From Octopus vulgaris (taxonomy: Eukaryota), in NCBI GenBank assembly GCA_951406725.2, contig OX597819.1, forward strand, positions 40,114,001 to 40,178,000: DNA of 64,000 bases, given 5' to 3'. This document shows positions 63,001-64,000 of this stretch, one piece after another. The notes beneath the pieces were generated by a model that had not been told where the DNA came from, did no database searches, and worked only from the letters and a program-made list of their open reading frames with translations. Position 1 is the first letter of the stretch, and the number at the start of each line of letters is the position of its first letter. A program made the position numbers and the translations under genes.

Positions 63001-63623
63001 TGCACATGCAAGTGCTACCAGTCAAAAAATCCGCATACAGGAAGCCAGCAAGTGTATGGGGTCATCAGAAGAGAATACGCGCTGTTTCGGGGCCTACCTC
63101 TCGACGGCATCAATGCACACACTGATATGAGGCCTCGCTTGCTAGATCAGCTGGTTATCAAATAAAGCTCAATATCCTTCTAGCCATCGCTCATCATCTC
63201 TTTTTAACCAAATCCAGTGGCTAGCCTTCTCCACTGTAGATTGGATATTGGTCATGGTGGTATTGACTTTACGATGAGTTAGGCCTAGCGATAACAACAG
63301 TCGTCTCACACTGTGTCCAACGAACCCTCTACATCCGACTTCGATGGGTTTCAGCTTCTGTCTACCAAATCCACTCGCAAAGCCTTGGTCAACCCAGCGC
63401 TATAGTAGAAGACATTTGTTGGGGTGGTCACTGTTTGAACTACATGGTAGATTTACTCATCACCCAGTTTAACACCATCACCTGGCTCTTGGGTATCTTT
63501 GTCGAAGTCCGTTCCGTTGCATGTATTCAGGTCATGTCTCGAGTTAGAGGATGCCTCCCTGCCACCAAAGTCAGAGGCCTTGTAAATGGATATGAGCATT
63601 ACCTTTCATTTCAAACAAAATGA

Positions 63624-64000
63624 TCATCATCGTTTAATGTCCATTTTCCATGCTAGCATGGGTTGGACGGTTCGACCGGAGTCTGGTAAGCCATGAAGGC
63701 TGCACCAGGCTCCAGTCTGACCTGGCAGTGTTTCTACAGCTGGATGCCCTTCCTAATGCCAACCACTCCGTGAGTGTAGTGGAGGCTTTTTACATGCCAC
63801 TGGCACAGTGCCAGGCAAGGCTGGCAGCAGCCATGATTGGTTGATGCTTTTTACATACCACCGGCACGGAAGCCAGTTAAAGCAGCGCTGGCATCGGCCA
63901 CATTCAGATGGTGCTTTTTACGTGCCACCGGCACAGGTATCACAACTACAATTTCCATTTGATTTTTATTTTGATGTTGATGTACTTGACTCAGTAGGTC
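63624..64000 (-). mobile_element. RTE 3'-end copy running off the window end
   Basis: Standard tail and tandem units, ending in GACTCAGTAGGTC, which corresponds to the 46981-46990 region of the longer copy. Confidence 0.85.

Noticed and set aside
63070-63145. Second hammerhead-like motif on the minus strand (…GGCC.CCGAAACAGCGCGTA)
   Set aside because: No credible CUGANGA box adjacent to stem II and no stem I pairing; at most a decayed relic.

Overview
AT-rich, repeat-dense animal genomic DNA. The SINE/RTE repertoire and microsatellite load resemble an Octopus (cephalopod) genome, which is an inference. The one clear protein-coding gene is a KLHDC3 orthologue (kelch domain-containing 3) on the minus strand. 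Six GT-AG coding exons splice in frame: 18515-18350, 10928-10755, 9654-9539, 6794-6723, 4999-4786 and 3010-2924 (829 nt, about 276 aa), and the gene continues off the left edge. The rest is introns or intergenic DNA filled with tRNA-derived SINEs, 5'-truncated RTE LINEs, older LINE remnants, DNA-transposon MITEs (mariner-derived, hAT-like, and 8- and 9-bp-TSD GG...CC types), a Helitron helicase remnant and a U6 snRNA pseudogene. Best leads: (1) putative distal 5' exons of KLHDC3 (about 59.5 kb, 37.1 kb and 31.5 kb) whose phases join into a 35-aa upstream ORF spread over three exons and ending 44 nt before the KLHDC3 ATG; (2) a Penelope-type minimal hammerhead ribozyme with a 92-nt stem II insert, in sense orientation inside a KLHDC3 intron; (3) a U6 retrocopy fused to a retroposon motif; (4) intronic hairpins of pre-miRNA size. 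Most ORF-track entries are spurious repeat or microsatellite ORFs.
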